DNA of 62,987 nucleotides, counting the filler, from Hyphochytrium catenoides (Eukaryota > Protista > Hyphochytriomycota), in the NCBI GenBank assembly GCA_900088475.1. It is 8 parts of 8 records of this genome, joined end to end, with 100 filler letters (N's around TTAATTAATTAA, not from the genome) between each part and the next. Parts side by side here need not be neighbours in the genome. Positions count along the whole stretch, not along the records: positions 59,427 to 61,779 come from FLMG01001857.1; positions 61,880 to 62,987 come from FLMG01002009.1; 6 more parts are not named here. One strand, written 5' to 3'. This document shows, piece by piece, positions 59,689 through 62,987 of the stretch (within the stretch, counting starts at the first letter, position 1; each line of letters starts with the position of its first letter). The notes under the pieces were generated by a model, which searched no databases, was not told the DNA's origin, and saw only the letters and a program-made list of their open reading frames with translations. The position numbers and the translations under genes were made by a program.

Positions 59689-61779
59689 CCTGATGGAGAG
59701 CTCTCAGACTTCTCTCTCCTGAAAAATGTTTTTTATGTTTGGGGCTCTGCGCCTGAGCCAGAAAATTGTAAGTGATCTGATTCTTCACCAAGTCCAAGAG
59801 AGCGAGACCCAAAAGAGACAGAGAGCACTCGTCAGCCTGACAGAGGAGGAAGCAGGTACTGGCAAAGCCCCACTAAAGCCCTCAAACAAGAGGGAGAGTG
59901 AAGGGAGAGAGGCTGTGAGAGCCACAATCTGCAGCACAGCAAGAGCAGCAATCTTTCTGCCAAGTTCTTCTGCTAAAGGAGTTCACTGCCCGTCTGTCTG
60001 CCCTCGGCTTCGACAGTGCATTGTGCGGCTGACGCGGAGGAGAAGTAGTAGTATCCTCAGATTCTTAGATCCCATACGTATTATTCCTTGATGAAATATA
60101 GTAGGATGGGTGGGGAAGTGTAAGGAAGACTCCAAAGATGTTCTGTAACGTGGAGCTCTCACAGCGGCTGTCCTTATCCTGTATATTTATACTGATATAC
60201 TTACATAGAACTAGATTAGTTCGGAATAGTGTCATGGTGCGCATTCCGCTGAATGTGGGCTTTTATTTCGGAGGATTGTCCACATCGTAGGGTTCATTCA
60301 TCATAATCACGAATATTACGCTTATGACAATTTGCTATCTATGTCCCCTCTGTCTCATCTTGTTCCTGATGTGTACCTTGCCGGCCGTAACTCGCTTCAC
60401 TCGTTCTCTTGACGTTCTGGCTCTTTTTGCCCTTCCTCCAATTCTCATTCTCTCTTGTGTGCGTCTCTCTCTCTGCCTGTCTCTCTCTCGCTCTGTCTGT
60501 CCTTCTCTCTCTGTCTCTCTCTTTCTCTCTCTTTCTCTCTCTTCCCTCTTCTTTCTAGTCTCTGTCTCTCTCTCTCTCTCTCTCTTCTCTCTTCTCAGTC
60601 TCTTTCGCTCACTCTCTCACACTCTCTCTCTCTCTCACGAGGCAGTGTCTGATGCTTTATGATCATTGATCTCTTCTCGCTGCTCCCCTCTGTCTCTTAT
60701 CAAACGAATCTCTCTCGTCAGTCACCTCACACCGCTCGCTCTCTATCTCTCTCGCCAGCAGCAGTGTCTGCTTCTCCCCAACCTTCCTGACGTGGTCGGA
60801 CAGAGAAAGAGACCCCAAGGCCAGCATCATCAGCCCAAAATCAGCCTTATTGTCGACGTCTTTTCCTTCTTTCCACTCCTCCGTGATCTCCTTCCCTTCT
60901 GAATGATGCCTCATCACTCTGAGAAGACGCTTTCCACAGAGGAAGAAAGTTCAGATGAGCTAGAAAGAAGGCTCGTCGCGGCCTCGACGTCGAGTCTCAG
61001 AAGCTGCTTTTCTTTTGGAAGTTTCTCTGTTTGCTTTGTGGTCTTTTCTCTCTTTCTCTCATTAAGGGTCTCTCACTCTTCTGCCCCTCTTCCTTCTCTC
61101 TTTTCTCTATCTCACACACACTCTTTCTCTCTCTTTCGCCCGCCCGCTTGGTCTTGTTATGTGCACCCTAGGACTCTTCTTGCCGCCTTACATCTGATGC
61201 TCTCTCCTGCCGGTCGGTTGAGCCTTGTACGTAGCACCTTGACAACAAGCTGAGCTACAGAGTACCGCGTCCTTGCCACTAAGAGGTGCACGTATGACCT
61301 GACCTATCGACCACCAACAGTCCTGTCAGTCTGAGAGCACACAGCGAGATGAATGACAGAGCGGTTGAGTGTCTCCTGCAGCACTTTGTCAAAGAGGGCC
61401 CACCGGTGGCTCTCCTCTCTTGTGCTGCTTCCCCGGGTGCTGAAACCAGCGACAGAGGGAGAGAAAGAAAGTGGCTGATCCTCAGCTCCATCCTCACTCT
61501 AGCCCCCTCCTAGGATGACATTTTTTTGAAAGACCACTGTGATGCCCTTCCCCTCCCTTGCAGCCGAGCTACTTGCCCATCAGCGACGTACCTTGGGACA
61601 TACTTTTGACTTCCGCTCACTTACTAAGCAATGGCCGAGTAAATGACAGGTCTGTGTAGAGGATAGGTCAAGAGATTGGTAGCTCTGAGAGTGACAAGGG
61701 CAATATGTTAGCACAGCTCTGAAAAAGATTGACAGTGAGATGACAAGAGGGGACAACTGCGAAGACAGGAACAGGATAG

Positions 61780-61879
61780 NNNNNNNNNNNNNNNNNNNNN
61801 NNNNNNNNNNNNNNNNNNNNNNNTTAATTAATTAANNNNNNNNNNNNNNNNNNNNNNNNNNNNNNNNNNNNNNNNNNNN
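61780..61879. other. Artificial contig linker
   Basis: Same pattern. Confidence 0.98.
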
Positions 61880-62258
61880 GCAATAGGGAGAAAGGGAAGA
61901 CACAGTTGCTGTCTCCCCACTATTCCAATGCCGGCACACCTCAGGCATGAGAGTGAACGGCTAGCATGGGGCTAGGAGAACCAGTCACACTCTTTCACTC
62001 TCTCTCTCTCTCTCTCTCTCTTCCCTGCACTATACATTAGGACTTTTGATCGGCAGCTGGGCTAACAAGCTCTTCATCCTTCTGCGGCCTGGATGTCTTC
62101 CGTCCAAGCTGCCTCTCCTAACAGCCTAGAAGAACCGCAATTGCACAGCTTTGGGGTTGTTCTCTCTCTACTACTTTTAATGCTTGTCTCTCTCTCTCTC
62201 TCTCTCTTCTTCATGTCTCTCTTGTCTTCTTAACATCTCTCCCTTTTCAGCCGAAATG

Positions 62259-62776
62259 CCCTCCCTGCTGAGGGAGAGGGAGCGCCTTTATTTATCTCCT
62301 GCTCCCATTGTCAGATGACCAGATGGATGGACCTTTCTTTAAAGTCTAATATTAAGCTTCACATTTAGCGATATGTAGAGCAGGTCTTCCTTAGCCCTAT
62401 GAGCTCTCTCTCTCTCTCTCTCTCTTCCTCCCTCTTAGATGCGCCCTGGAATGATCCTAGAAGGCACTCTGCTGCCGTACTTCTCCCAGTGCACGCCATA
62501 CTTACTCTTGCACTGCGCGCAAGTGAGAGAGAGCAAAGAGGGAGAGAGAAGAGAGAGAGAACAGAGAAAGACGGAAGCGAGAGAGAGAGGAGGGAAGGAA
62601 GAGACATAAGAGAGAGAAAGCCAAGAGAAAGACGAAAGAGCCCTCCCTGCTGACGGAGCGCCTTTATTTGTTTCCTGCTCCTATTGTCAGATGACCAGAT
62701 GGATGGACCTCTCTTGAAGTCTAATATTAAGCTTCACATTTAACGATATGTAGAGCAGCTCTTCCTTAGCCCTATG

Positions 62777-62815
<39 letters not shown>

Positions 62816-62899
62816 TTAGATGAGCCCTGGAATGATCCTAGAAGACACTCTGCTGCAGTACTTCTCCCAGTGCACGCCATACTTACTCTTGCACCGCGC
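62259..62899. repeat. Two diverged direct copies of a ~260-bp unit (62259-62519 and 62641-62899), each with an internal (CT)n tract
   Basis: Shared sequence ccctccctgctga...ttgtcagatgaccagatggatggacct...ctggaatgatcctagaag...ccatacttactcttgcac. Confidence 0.92.
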
Positions 62900-62987
62900 A
62901 TCATCTCTGAAAGCTCTGTCCGTGAGGAGAAGACAGAGATAAAGCACGTAGAAGTAGGGCATGAAGTGCGTGAAGAGAGCAGGGACG

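Noticed and set aside
60663-61640. Protein-like minus-strand fragments upstream of PDI
   Set aside because: I could not splice them into a consistent frame or recognise a domain.
1-62987. tRNA, rRNA, CRISPR arrays, prokaryotic operons or defence systems
   Set aside because: None recognisable; the genes are spliceosomal-intron eukaryotic genes. Small RNAs cannot be excluded without tRNAscan/Infernal.

Overview
This is eukaryotic (protist-like, possibly stramenopile/SAR; inference only), intron-rich DNA. It is not one locus but eight contigs joined by artificial N-TTAATTAATTAA-N linkers (~11581, 24560, 28795, 35757, 43285, 59327, 61780), so adjacency across linkers means nothing. Genes I spliced by hand: a gamma-butyrobetaine/trimethyllysine-type 2OG-Fe(II) dioxygenase, a choline/ethanolamine phosphotransferase, an ATG18/WIPI3-like PROPPIN, a partial MRS2/CorA Mg channel, two convergent GPI-type surface proteins, a partial cytosolic IleRS, a NIPA-type transporter, a RhoGAP-like protein lacking the arginine finger, and a 5' PDI fragment. 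There are also probable degenerate non-LTR retroelement relics and many (CT/AG)n tracts. The highlight is a gene of more than 20 exons (minus strand, ~54149->46342) that splices in one frame into SH2 - PDZ - PDZ - PP2A-A(PR65)-like HEAT scaffold. It needs two GC-AG introns. It duplicates HEATs ~1-3, lacks a clear HEAT 4-7 segment and keeps the C-terminal HEATs that bind the catalytic subunit, making it a candidate self-targeting phosphatase scaffold. All exon models and alignments were made by eye from memory of the families; no database search was run. Most short ORFs in the supplied track are microsatellite noise.
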